A DNA stretch of 64,000 nt from Gemmatimonadaceae bacterium (GTDB lineage: Bacteria > Gemmatimonadota > Gemmatimonadetes > Gemmatimonadales > Gemmatimonadaceae), in assembly GCA_036506035.1 (NCBI GenBank), contig DASXSL010000023.1, positions 10 to 64,009 of the forward strand, read 5' to 3'. Under the pieces are notes generated by a model. That model saw nothing but the letters and a program-made list of their open reading frames with translations, was not told the DNA's origin and did not search any database. Position 1 is the first letter of the stretch. Each line of letters begins with the position of its first letter. Of the stretch, positions 41,201 to 48,702 are shown piece after piece. Both the position numbers and the translations under genes were made by a program.

Positions 41201-41333
41201 AGTTGAAGGCGCCGACGCCGAGCCGACGACACAGGTGGTGGCGGCAGCGTCGTCGCTGGAGCAATCACTCAACGCTTTACTCGCGCGTTGGTCAGAAATT
41301 CGCCGAACGCGAGTACGTTCAGACCGCCAATAG
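38271..41333 (+). CDS. VPS10/BNR (Asp-box) repeat beta-propeller protein, glycosyl hydrolase-like
   Basis: Many SxDGGxTW Asp-boxes, WRMVGP, GTHGRSFWILDD. A CTG start at 38244 is possible. Confidence 0.85.
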   Translation: MCALLTAGLPILSVESHAQQLDASLYSNLRWRMVGPFRAGRTVGASGVRGQPNVFYIGVNNGGVWKTTDFGHTWAPIFDEQPTGSIGDLAVAQSNPNVVYVGTGEGLQRPDLSTGDGVYKSTDAGKTWRHLGLRDGQQIGGIIIDPRDENRIFVAVLGHPYGPNAERGVYRSTNGGETFEKVLYKDENTGAIQVAFDPTNPQTVYASLWAGRQGPWENSSWNGPLSGLFKSVDGGTTWRQIGKGFPTAAQGLGRIGFTIAPSDPQRMYGTVDAPTLGGIYRSDDAGETWRRTNDEVRVWGRASDFAEVKVDPRNPDVMYSANTSTYRSTDGGKTFTAIKGAPGGDDYHRIWINPDNPDIMLIAADQGATITVNGGKTWSSWYNQPTAQFYHVITDNQIPYWVYGGQQESGSVGTMSRGDYGAITFREWNQVGVEEYGYVAPDPLDPNIIYGGKISRFDQRSREVQNISPEAVRSGKYRFLRTAPVIFSTVDPHILYFAGNVLFKTTNGGHSWDVISPDLTRQTYDVPASYGIFTNGDPSRAQNRGVIYTVAPSFRNVNTIWTGSDDGVINLTRDGGKTWTNVTPAALTPWSKVSLMEASHFDDETAYAAINRFKLDDLHPHIYRTHDGGKSWTEIVNGIPEGEVVNSVREDPVRRGLLFAGTERAVYFSLDDGGHWQSLRLNMPATSIRDLVIHDDDIVVGTHGRSFWILDDMTPLRQLDVRPASETFLFKPKLAYRFRRNKNTDTPLPPEEPAGKNPPDGAIIRYRIGSGATTPVVLDILDGAGKVVRTYSSADSVQAIETDLNVPTYWVRPPRRLAATHGTHTFVWDLHYPPPQVLSHEYPISAIYGDTPRYPLGPAVLPGTYTVRLTVNGRRYDQPLTVKMDPRVRISAVGLRLQHDIGVRMNDAISRDFAALSEIRAQRGLLRTQREGAKAKEVADSLIALDSTLAGLENSGRGAAAAGFVQLNEQLAGVLDTVEGADAEPTTQVVAAASSLEQSLNALLARWSEIRRTRVRSDRQ

Positions 41334-41369
41334 AATCTTCATTCTTAGCATGCGACAACCGGAGATCTC

Positions 41370-41639
41370 ATGACGACCAGCAAGGAAACCGAATGGATGA
41401 ATCATCCCCGGCTGCGTAAGCTCGTCACAGCCATCAACGAGCTGACCCTGGCTGAGCGGATCACCTTGGTGAAGGGGCTGGTGCCAGCAATCGCCGACGA
41501 GTTGTCGGATACCGAGTACGAGAGGTTCGTCGACGCGATCCGCCTCAAGGGAGAGCGCTTTCACGAAGCGCAGTCTCATCCCGGCGAAGGGAGGGCGGAG
41601 AGAAAAATCCCGGGTGAGCGTGACCTGGAGGGAAGGTAG
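41370..41639 (+). CDS. Hypothetical protein
   Basis: RBS GGAG, 89-aa ORF with plausible codon usage. Confidence 0.6.
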   Translation: MTTSKETEWMNHPRLRKLVTAINELTLAERITLVKGLVPAIADELSDTEYERFVDAIRLKGERFHEAQSHPGEGRAERKIPGERDLEGR

Positions 41640-41644
41640 CCTAC

Positions 41645-41731
41645 ATGAACTTCTACTGGCTGCTCGGACTCCTCATCATTGCCGCGGTGTTGTTCGCGAT
41701 GTACGCCGGAAACCGGCGACCAAAGCCCTGA
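41645..41731 (+). CDS. Putative 28-aa single-pass membrane microprotein
   Basis: MNFYWLLGLLIIAAVLFAMYAGNRRPKP; purine-rich GGAGGGAAGG upstream; fills the gap exactly. Confidence 0.55.
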   Translation: MNFYWLLGLLIIAAVLFAMYAGNRRPKP

Positions 41732-41732
41732 G

Positions 41733-42557
41733 CTACAGGCCGAGCGCGAGCTGAACGGGCGCCAGTGGTGTCGTCGCCATACTGGGGCTGACGCAGATCG
41801 GACCGACGACGTTGTCCTGTGATGCCGCCGTCAGGCGTCCTCTGAATCGACCGCGCCGCAAGGTGTCTCCAACGGTACCCAGAGCGGTCCGCGGCGTGTT
41901 GTTCTCCTGGCTCAAATGCGCCAGCACGATGTTGTTCAGGCCAGAGTGAATGCTCTGACCGGCCAGATTCGCAGCGTCGCGATTGCTTAGATGACCGAAT
42001 TTGCCGAGAATCCTCGCCTGCACCGATGGCGGGTAAGGTCCTGCGCGCAGCATACCCTCGTCGTGATTCGCCTCGATGACCAGGATATCGAGCTTATCGA
42101 GTGCACGCGAGATGGTTTCCGTGACGTGACCAAGGTCATACACGATTCCCGCCCGGGCACCCTCTCCGATCGATGTCACGATTACCGCGATTGGCTCATT
42201 CGCGTCGTGGGAAACCGGAACGGTCTCGAGGTGGAAATCGCCCACTACCACCGCGCTCTTTCGCGGTGTGAGAATCGTCCGCAACTCGGCCCAGTCGGGG
42301 CACATCATCCTCGTGCCAGCCGTGGACACAATCGTCCACCCCCATTTGCGAGCCGCAGCAGCGACGCCTTTGACGTGATCGGTGTGCTCGTGCGTTACGA
42401 CGACTGCTTCGATCGAGTTCGGCGCGAAACCAGCCACTGCCAGGCGGTGCTTGAGGACGCGCGGCGAAAATCCGGCGTCGACGAGGATCCGCGAGCGGTT
42501 TGTTTCGAGGAGAATCGCATTTCCACTACTGCCACTGCCAAGGACCCACAACTTCAT
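41733..42557 (-). CDS. MBL-fold metallo-hydrolase (YycJ/WalJ-like)
   Basis: LGSGSSGN, THEHTDH, SHDA, EANHD, GHLSN, AHLS. Confidence 0.9.
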   Translation of the reverse strand: MKLWVLGSGSSGNAILLETNRSRILVDAGFSPRVLKHRLAVAGFAPNSIEAVVVTHEHTDHVKGVAAAARKWGWTIVSTAGTRMMCPDWAELRTILTPRKSAVVVGDFHLETVPVSHDANEPIAVIVTSIGEGARAGIVYDLGHVTETISRALDKLDILVIEANHDEGMLRAGPYPPSVQARILGKFGHLSNRDAANLAGQSIHSGLNNIVLAHLSQENNTPRTALGTVGDTLRRGRFRGRLTAASQDNVVGPICVSPSMATTPLAPVQLALGL

Positions 42558-43759
42558 CAAATACTCCAACGCCTCTTGTGCGCTTCTTTCAGGTGCTTGC
42601 GCGCCTTGTCGCCAAGCTCCACGTGTCGTCGCAACATTGCTCGTTCCGCGACTGCAATGAATTTAGTCACGTCGTACGTGTCGTAGGGCTCCCCCTCACC
42701 CCAGGCGAACGGCGGCACAACCTTGGGCGGCATGGCTGAGCCAAACACGTTGGCACCTGTTCCAATTATAGTGCCGGTGCTCAGCATGGTACCGATTCCT
42801 GTCTTGACATGATCCCCGAAGAGCGTGCCCAAAAATTGTTGTCCGGTGCTTCGCACTCCCGATGGCGTCCACAGCTGAACTAGGCCGTAGGTGTTCTTGA
42901 GATTGCTGGTGGTCGTCAGCGCGCCAAGGTTCACCCAGCGCCCGAGATAGGAATGGCCAATGAAGCCGGCGTGTCCCTTGTTGCTGTGGCCAAGCACGAT
43001 CGAGTTGCTGAATTCGCCGCGCACTTTGCAATTGTCACCAATCGACGAAGCTGCAACGCGATCGCCAAGGATCTGCGCTGCGCGTCCAACCGCGATTGGA
43101 CCGATGAGATGCGTGAACGGGGCGATCACGGCCCCGCGACGAATCAGAATCGGTCCCGCTGATGCATTGAGCACCACCTGGGGCCCGATTTCCGCTCCTT
43201 CCTCGACGAAGACGCCGTGTTCACCGATCGTTGTCGCGCTCGTCTTTGCCGTTGCCTCCAACGCGGTGGCGAGGTGAGGAATGTCTTCCATCAACTGGTC
43301 GGTCAGCGTAGAGACGTAGTCCCACACTTCATTGATCCAGCGTCCGGCGATCTTTCGGCCGCCGAGGCTGGTCTGGATGCTACCGATATCGACCGAGCCG
43401 TCCGCGAATTGCGAGACGGGTAGCGCTCTGGCGAGCCTGACTGCACACGCCGCGCCCTCGCACATCAGAAGGTCGAATCGGTCCAGCTGGAGGTCGAGCG
43501 GGATAACGCAACGTGTATTGACTACGATCGACCCCGCCGGAATTTCCGATTTTGGCGAAACCGCCGGCGGGGCGTTTCCTTCCTCGAAGTTGGCGAGGTG
43601 GGGCGAGCTGATGAATCCGGCGCTCTCCAGCGATGTCGCCCGTTCCCAGCGACGGCGGATCAACGATGTTCCCGCTCGTAGCTCCGAGGCGGGCCGCGTC
43701 AGAGCAAACGGTTCGAACTGCCTCGCGCGAACGTCGTCGTAAAAGTAGAGCGCGCTCAT
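42557..43759 (-). CDS. GlmU-like putative sugar nucleotidyltransferase / hexapeptide-repeat protein
   Basis: FEPFALTRP, hexapeptide repeats, SNKGHAGFIGHSYLGRWVNLGA, SNLKNTYG. Confidence 0.75.
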   Translation of the reverse strand: MSALYFYDDVRARQFEPFALTRPASELRAGTSLIRRRWERATSLESAGFISSPHLANFEEGNAPPAVSPKSEIPAGSIVVNTRCVIPLDLQLDRFDLLMCEGAACAVRLARALPVSQFADGSVDIGSIQTSLGGRKIAGRWINEVWDYVSTLTDQLMEDIPHLATALEATAKTSATTIGEHGVFVEEGAEIGPQVVLNASAGPILIRRGAVIAPFTHLIGPIAVGRAAQILGDRVAASSIGDNCKVRGEFSNSIVLGHSNKGHAGFIGHSYLGRWVNLGALTTTSNLKNTYGLVQLWTPSGVRSTGQQFLGTLFGDHVKTGIGTMLSTGTIIGTGANVFGSAMPPKVVPPFAWGEGEPYDTYDVTKFIAVAERAMLRRHVELGDKARKHLKEAHKRRWSI

Positions 43760-44796
43760 GCGTCACCCTTGTCCTTCGCCGGCAGCGATTCGACCAGGCG
43801 CTTGAGGTCAGCCGCCTTTTCCCGCGTCGTGACCAGCGTCAGGCCATCGTGCACTACCACTACCAGATTGTCAACGCCGTACATGGCGATTCGGCCCGAA
43901 TCGGCATGCACGACATTGTCGGAGCAGTCGACCATGTGCACGTGGCCGCTCGTCACGTTACCGAACTCGTCCTTGTCGCGCACTCGACCCAGAGCGGCCC
44001 AGGTGCCGATATCATCCCAACCGAATCTCCCGGGAATGACCATCACGTTCCTGCTTCGCTCGAGCACAGCCGAATCAATCGAGATCGGATTGTCGATGCT
44101 TTCGAAGAAAGCCGCCGGCTCTGCTTCTGGACCCAGGCTGAGCGCCTTCTTCAACTCGCGGGCGTGCTGATCGACCTGCGCCAGAAAATCACCGACGGTC
44201 CAAACGAACATGCCTGAGTTCCACAGGTATCCCTCGCTGCGCAATTTCTCAGCGCGCTCTATGCCGGGCTTCTCGACGAACTTCTTGACGGGGGATGCAC
44301 CGGCCTTGTTGGGATCAGTCGGCTGGATATAGCCGAAGCCCTGATCGGCACGGGTCGGCACTATTCCTACTGTGACTAGCGTATGGGTCTTGCGCGCTAC
44401 CTTCTCGCCCTCGAGCAGCACGTTACGAAATTCCGCATCGTCGCCGATCGCCCAGTCGGCGTGGATTGACATCATCGTGGCGTCTTTGCTGTCCCGACGC
44501 TCGATGGTGAGCGCGGCCCAGGTAAGCGCGGCGGCTGTGCCTGCCGGACGCGGCTCGGCGATGATGTTCTCGCGCGGAATCGGTGGCAGCAGAGCGCGAA
44601 TGGGCTTTACGAGACTCGCATTCGTCAGCACCAGTGTGTGCGCGGGATCGACGATCGGTGCGAGACGGTCGATCGCGTCCCTGAGGAGCGGCTTGTCGGT
44701 GACCAGCGGCAGCAGCTGCTTGGGGCGTGTCGGCGTGCTGAGCGGCCAGAAGCGCGACCCGACTCCACCGGCGAGCACGACGGCCCAGCGGCTCAC
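43756..44796 (-). CDS. manC: Mannose-1-phosphate guanylyltransferase (no PMI cupin domain)
   Basis: LAGGVGSRFWPLS..PKQ, FVEKP, WNSGMF, WDDIG. Confidence 0.88.
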   Translation of the reverse strand: MSRWAVVLAGGVGSRFWPLSTPTRPKQLLPLVTDKPLLRDAIDRLAPIVDPAHTLVLTNASLVKPIRALLPPIPRENIIAEPRPAGTAAALTWAALTIERRDSKDATMMSIHADWAIGDDAEFRNVLLEGEKVARKTHTLVTVGIVPTRADQGFGYIQPTDPNKAGASPVKKFVEKPGIERAEKLRSEGYLWNSGMFVWTVGDFLAQVDQHARELKKALSLGPEAEPAAFFESIDNPISIDSAVLERSRNVMVIPGRFGWDDIGTWAALGRVRDKDEFGNVTSGHVHMVDCSDNVVHADSGRIAMYGVDNLVVVVHDGLTLVTTREKAADLKRLVESLPAKDKGDA

Positions 44797-45209
44797 TCGC
44801 CGATTATGCCTGCTTCGTCAGGCGCACCGGTGAGACGCGCGACGAGCGCGTAGAGCTTTTTCGGGCTGAAGGGTTTGGTGAGGAATTGCGTCGCGCCAAG
44901 CGCCAGCGCATCGCGCTCGTGCTTCGCGTCACCGCCTGCAGTAAGGATGATGCAAGGAAGCGATTTGAAGCGATCCTGCTCGCGAATCTGTCGCAGCACG
45001 TCGAGGCCGCTGACCTTTGGCATCATCAGGTCGAGCAAGACCAGATCGACCTGCTCCTCATTGTTTATGAAGTCGAGCGCTTCCTGTCCGTCGTAGGCGA
45101 TGCTGACTTTGAACGGTCCCTGCTCGAGCTTCATCTTGATGATGCGTCCGATGTGTGGCTCATCGTCGGCAACCAGAATGTGGCAAAGACGTGTCGCTGG
45201 CTCGGTCAC
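44793..45209 (-). CDS. Single-domain response regulator (receiver)
   Basis: ADDE, LLDLMMP, ILTA, TKPF. Confidence 0.92.
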   Translation of the reverse strand: MTEPATRLCHILVADDEPHIGRIIKMKLEQGPFKVSIAYDGQEALDFINNEEQVDLVLLDLMMPKVSGLDVLRQIREQDRFKSLPCIILTAGGDAKHERDALALGATQFLTKPFSPKKLYALVARLTGAPDEAGIIGE

Positions 45210-45210
45210 T

Positions 45211-45564
45211 TTAGATCAGGGATGCGATGTTGCCGCGGTAGCGGCGTACGTCAAAAAGAAGCCCACCGAGGTCTGCCGATGGGCGTAGCAAAATTAGCAG
45301 CAACGTGTCGTCAGCAAGAGCAGCGACGATTGCGTAACCCTTCTGGTGCTCGAGAATCGCCGTGTTGAGCGGTCCCTGTATGGTCGCCCGACCGAGACTC
45401 TCTGCTTCCGAAACAAGTGCCGGAACGCGCGCAGCGAGATCTTCATTGTTGAGTCCCGGCGCGGCAAATCCTTCGATCAGGAGCCCGTCCTTTCCCAGCA
45501 CTAGAACGGCGTCAACTCCCGGGCGCTGGCGAAGCGCGGTGGTGAAGTCTCTGATGTTGGGCAT
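45211..45564 (-). CDS. Roadblock/LC7 (MglB-like) domain protein
   Basis: GVDAVLVLGKDGLLI..., ADLGGLLFDV; ATG 45564. Confidence 0.8.
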   Translation of the reverse strand: MPNIRDFTTALRQRPGVDAVLVLGKDGLLIEGFAAPGLNNEDLAARVPALVSEAESLGRATIQGPLNTAILEHQKGYAIVAALADDTLLLILLRPSADLGGLLFDVRRYRGNIASLI

Positions 45565-45696
45565 TGATGGGTGAGAAGTTGCGAAGCTAGGAAGCGGCAG
45601 GAGTGAAGTCAAGCGCGGCAATCGCTTGAACTGCCGTAAGTTACGGGGTATTATCGAGAGCAACCCCTCCGGTCTCTTTCCTGTCTCATATACAGC

Positions 45697-46275
45697 ATGA
45701 ATTTGCGTCTCGGTTTGCTCGCGACGATGTCTGTCGTTGTCGGTTTGAACGCCTGTGGCGACCCAACCAGCCTCAAGGCGTCGCTCACTACATCGGTTGA
45801 CAGCCTGCGGGTATTCGCGCTTTCCGGCACCCCGCCATCGTATCCGAGCGGAATTTCGATTCTGGCGCGGCAACCGGTTCGCGTCGACGGCAACGCCAGC
45901 TTCGACGTCGCGTTTGACATCGATCAGAATGGCGATGCGATTGTCTATCCGGTCAGGCTGGTCGTCAGCGTCCCAGGCGGGTCGCGGCCAGTTGCAATGC
46001 AGAAGCTGCCGTTGGCCTTTGACCAAGTGGAAGCCGCGCCCAAATCCGGTTATCAGTCCGATTCCGCTTTCACCATGCTTCCCGGCCAAACGGTCGTCAT
46101 TCAATCTCAACACAACTTCTCGGGCGACCTCTGCCAGTTTGCTCTCAATCCCAACATCTTCGCGAAATTCGGTGTCGACAGCGTGAATCTCGCTTCGCGA
46201 ACGGTTTATGTACGAATGGGACTCGATCCCAATTGCGGGTTCCGTTCATTCGCGGCTGGAATTCCGACGAGCTGA
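45697..46275 (+). CDS. Hypothetical lipoprotein
   Basis: Signal peptide with lipobox LNAC; two further Cys near the C-terminus. Confidence 0.7.
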   Translation: MNLRLGLLATMSVVVGLNACGDPTSLKASLTTSVDSLRVFALSGTPPSYPSGISILARQPVRVDGNASFDVAFDIDQNGDAIVYPVRLVVSVPGGSRPVAMQKLPLAFDQVEAAPKSGYQSDSAFTMLPGQTVVIQSQHNFSGDLCQFALNPNIFAKFGVDSVNLASRTVYVRMGLDPNCGFRSFAAGIPTS

Positions 46276-46278
46276 TTG

Positions 46279-47553
46279 GTGCACGACCTGAGGATGGTGC
46301 GCGAGCACATCGACGCACTTCGCTCCGGCATGAAGCGGCGCGGAGCACTCGATGCGCTTTCGCCGACCATCGACCGAGCAGTCGCACTCGACAAAACGCG
46401 ACGCGAGACGATTCAGGCGGTTGAGGAGCGGAAGGCCGCGCGCAACGCCGTAAGTCAGCAGGTGGGTCAGCGCAAGCGCGCGGGAGAATCAGCAGATGAT
46501 CTTCAGCAGCAATCGCGCGCGCTTGGCGACGAGATAGCGAGGCTGGACAAGGAGCTGGCGGAAACCGAAGGCGAGCTCTCGGCGATCCTTCTCGAGCTGC
46601 CGAACGTCACGCTCGAGCAGGTGCCGGATGGCGGCGAGGAGAACAATCGGGTCGTCAGAACCTGGGGAACGCCGCGCGAGGGCGCGCGAGTCCAACCCCA
46701 TTGGGAGATCGGTGCGCGGCTTGGGCTCATCGATTTCGAGCGCGGAGCCAAGATTAGCGGCTCTGGATTCATCGTCTTCCGCGGACTCGGTGCGCGTCTG
46801 GTGCGCGCTCTGATGAATCTGATGCTCGACACCCACACCCGCGATCACGGCTATCAGGAAACTTGGGTTCCGGTAGTCGTCAATCGCGCCAGCATGACGG
46901 GCACCGCACAGTTGCCCAAGTTCGAGGACGACATGTACGCACTGAAGGGCGAGGATCTCTTTCTCATCCCGACCGCGGAAGTTCCAGTAACAAATCTTTA
47001 CCGCGATGAAGTCCTTGCCGAGTCGGATCTGCCGATGGCTCTAACCGCTTACTCGGCGTGCTTCAGGCGCGAAGCCGGCGCGGCTGGGAAGGACACTCGC
47101 GGACTGCTGCGCGTCCACGAGTTCGACAAGGTGGAGTTGGTGCGGTACGCGACTCCCGAAAGCTCCGACGCCCAGCTGGAGCTATTGACGGGGCACGCCG
47201 AAAAGATTCTCCAGCTGCTCGAGCTGCCCTACCGTGTCGTCCGCCTCGCATCGGGTGATACCGGATTTGCCAGTGCACACACCTACGATCTGGAGAGCTA
47301 CGCTCCCGGCGTCGGGAAGTGGCTGGAGGTGTCGTCGTGCAGCAATTTCACCGACTTCCAGGCGCGACGTACCAACATTAGATACAAACCCGCCGAAGGC
47401 GGAAAACCGCGCTTCGTTCATACGCTCAACGGCTCCGGGCTGGCTTTTCCGCGCGTCATTGCCTCGATTCTGGAGCACCACCAGCAAGAGGATGGCAGCG
47501 TGCGCGTCCCCGCGGCGCTCAGTACATATCTTGGCGCACAGCGCCTGAGCTAG
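46279..47553 (+). CDS. serS: Serine--tRNA ligase
   Basis: LIPTAEVP, FRREAG, RVHEFDKVE, EVSSCSN, HTLNGSG. Confidence 0.98.
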   Translation: MHDLRMVREHIDALRSGMKRRGALDALSPTIDRAVALDKTRRETIQAVEERKAARNAVSQQVGQRKRAGESADDLQQQSRALGDEIARLDKELAETEGELSAILLELPNVTLEQVPDGGEENNRVVRTWGTPREGARVQPHWEIGARLGLIDFERGAKISGSGFIVFRGLGARLVRALMNLMLDTHTRDHGYQETWVPVVVNRASMTGTAQLPKFEDDMYALKGEDLFLIPTAEVPVTNLYRDEVLAESDLPMALTAYSACFRREAGAAGKDTRGLLRVHEFDKVELVRYATPESSDAQLELLTGHAEKILQLLELPYRVVRLASGDTGFASAHTYDLESYAPGVGKWLEVSSCSNFTDFQARRTNIRYKPAEGGKPRFVHTLNGSGLAFPRVIASILEHHQQEDGSVRVPAALSTYLGAQRLS

Positions 47554-47556
47554 ACG

Positions 47557-48696
47557 ATGCGCCGGCTTGCTCCGGTAACTCTCATCACCATCGGCGTCCT
47601 GGCGCTGCTGGTGTGGTACGTCATCTATACCCGCACCGTCGTGCGCGAGCTGAGACAGGAAGCGTCGCGTGTCGGCCTGATGTACGCCCGCGTCTACAAT
47701 GGACTGAGCGATCCGAATCCGGACGCAGCGAACGCAGCACTGCTCGATCTCTCGCGTCACATCAGGGAGTCTGGCGTGCCGATGATCCTCGCCGACGACG
47801 CGGGGAATCCCACCGATACCGCCAACCTTCCATTCACGGCCGCGCTGCGCTCCAGGCAGATGCGCAACTATATGATCGAGCTCGATCGACAGAATGCGCC
47901 CATCATCGAGAGAGGTGTCGGCACCGTTCACTTCGGGAACACACCGCTGGTGCGCGGCCTCATTCTCATTCCCGTGCTGCAGTCGATCCTGATCGCGATG
48001 GTCCTGCTCGCCGGCGCTTACGCGCTGCGCACCCGCGGCCGCGCCGATCGCGAGCAGATCTGGGCGGGAATGGCACGAGAGTCCGCGCACCAGTTGGGTA
48101 CTCCGCTCTCCAGCATCAGCGGCTGGATCGAGCTGCTGCGAGAAACCGATCCTGAGGCAACCACCGTCGCGGCGATCGATCACATGGAGACGGATCTCGA
48201 ACGGTTGAAGCGTGTCGCTCACCGGTTCGAGCGGATCGGCAGGCCGCCGCGCCAGGAAGCTGTAGATCTCGGAGAGTTGGTCGATCGCGTGGCCGCGTAC
48301 TTCCGCGCGCGAGTGCCGACGCTGGCGCAGCGCGTGACTGTGAGCTCCTCGCATCACGGTGATCTTGTCGTTCAGGGTGACGCAGTCCTGCTCGAGTGGG
48401 CGCTTGAATCGCTGACCAAGAACGCGATCGATGCTCTCGCCGGACGCGATGGCCGGGTCGAGATTTCCGCCGAATCACTGCCGGAGGGCCGCGTGCGCGT
48501 CCGCGTTTCGGACGATGGGCCCGGCATACCGAGAGAGATTCGTCATCAGATTTTCGATCCCGGATTCTCGACCAAGGAGAAAGGGTGGGGAATCGGGCTC
48601 TCACTCGCGCGGCGAATCGTTCGCGACAGCCACGGCGGCGAGCTCTCGCTCGTTCCTTCGGAACGGGGCGCGACCTTTGACATGGTGCTCGGCTAA
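47557..48696 (+). CDS. Membrane sensor histidine kinase
   Basis: 2 TM; H-box AHQLGTP, N-box NAIDA, DDGPG, FSTK, GIGL. Confidence 0.92.
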   Translation: MRRLAPVTLITIGVLALLVWYVIYTRTVVRELRQEASRVGLMYARVYNGLSDPNPDAANAALLDLSRHIRESGVPMILADDAGNPTDTANLPFTAALRSRQMRNYMIELDRQNAPIIERGVGTVHFGNTPLVRGLILIPVLQSILIAMVLLAGAYALRTRGRADREQIWAGMARESAHQLGTPLSSISGWIELLRETDPEATTVAAIDHMETDLERLKRVAHRFERIGRPPRQEAVDLGELVDRVAAYFRARVPTLAQRVTVSSSHHGDLVVQGDAVLLEWALESLTKNAIDALAGRDGRVEISAESLPEGRVRVRVSDDGPGIPREIRHQIFDPGFSTKEKGWGIGLSLARRIVRDSHGGELSLVPSERGATFDMVLG

Positions 48697-48702
48697 ATTG
48701 AG

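Noticed and set aside
45565-46113. Long N-terminal extension of the roadblock ORF
   Set aside because: It overlaps the plus-strand lipoprotein gene; the domain begins at ATG 45564.
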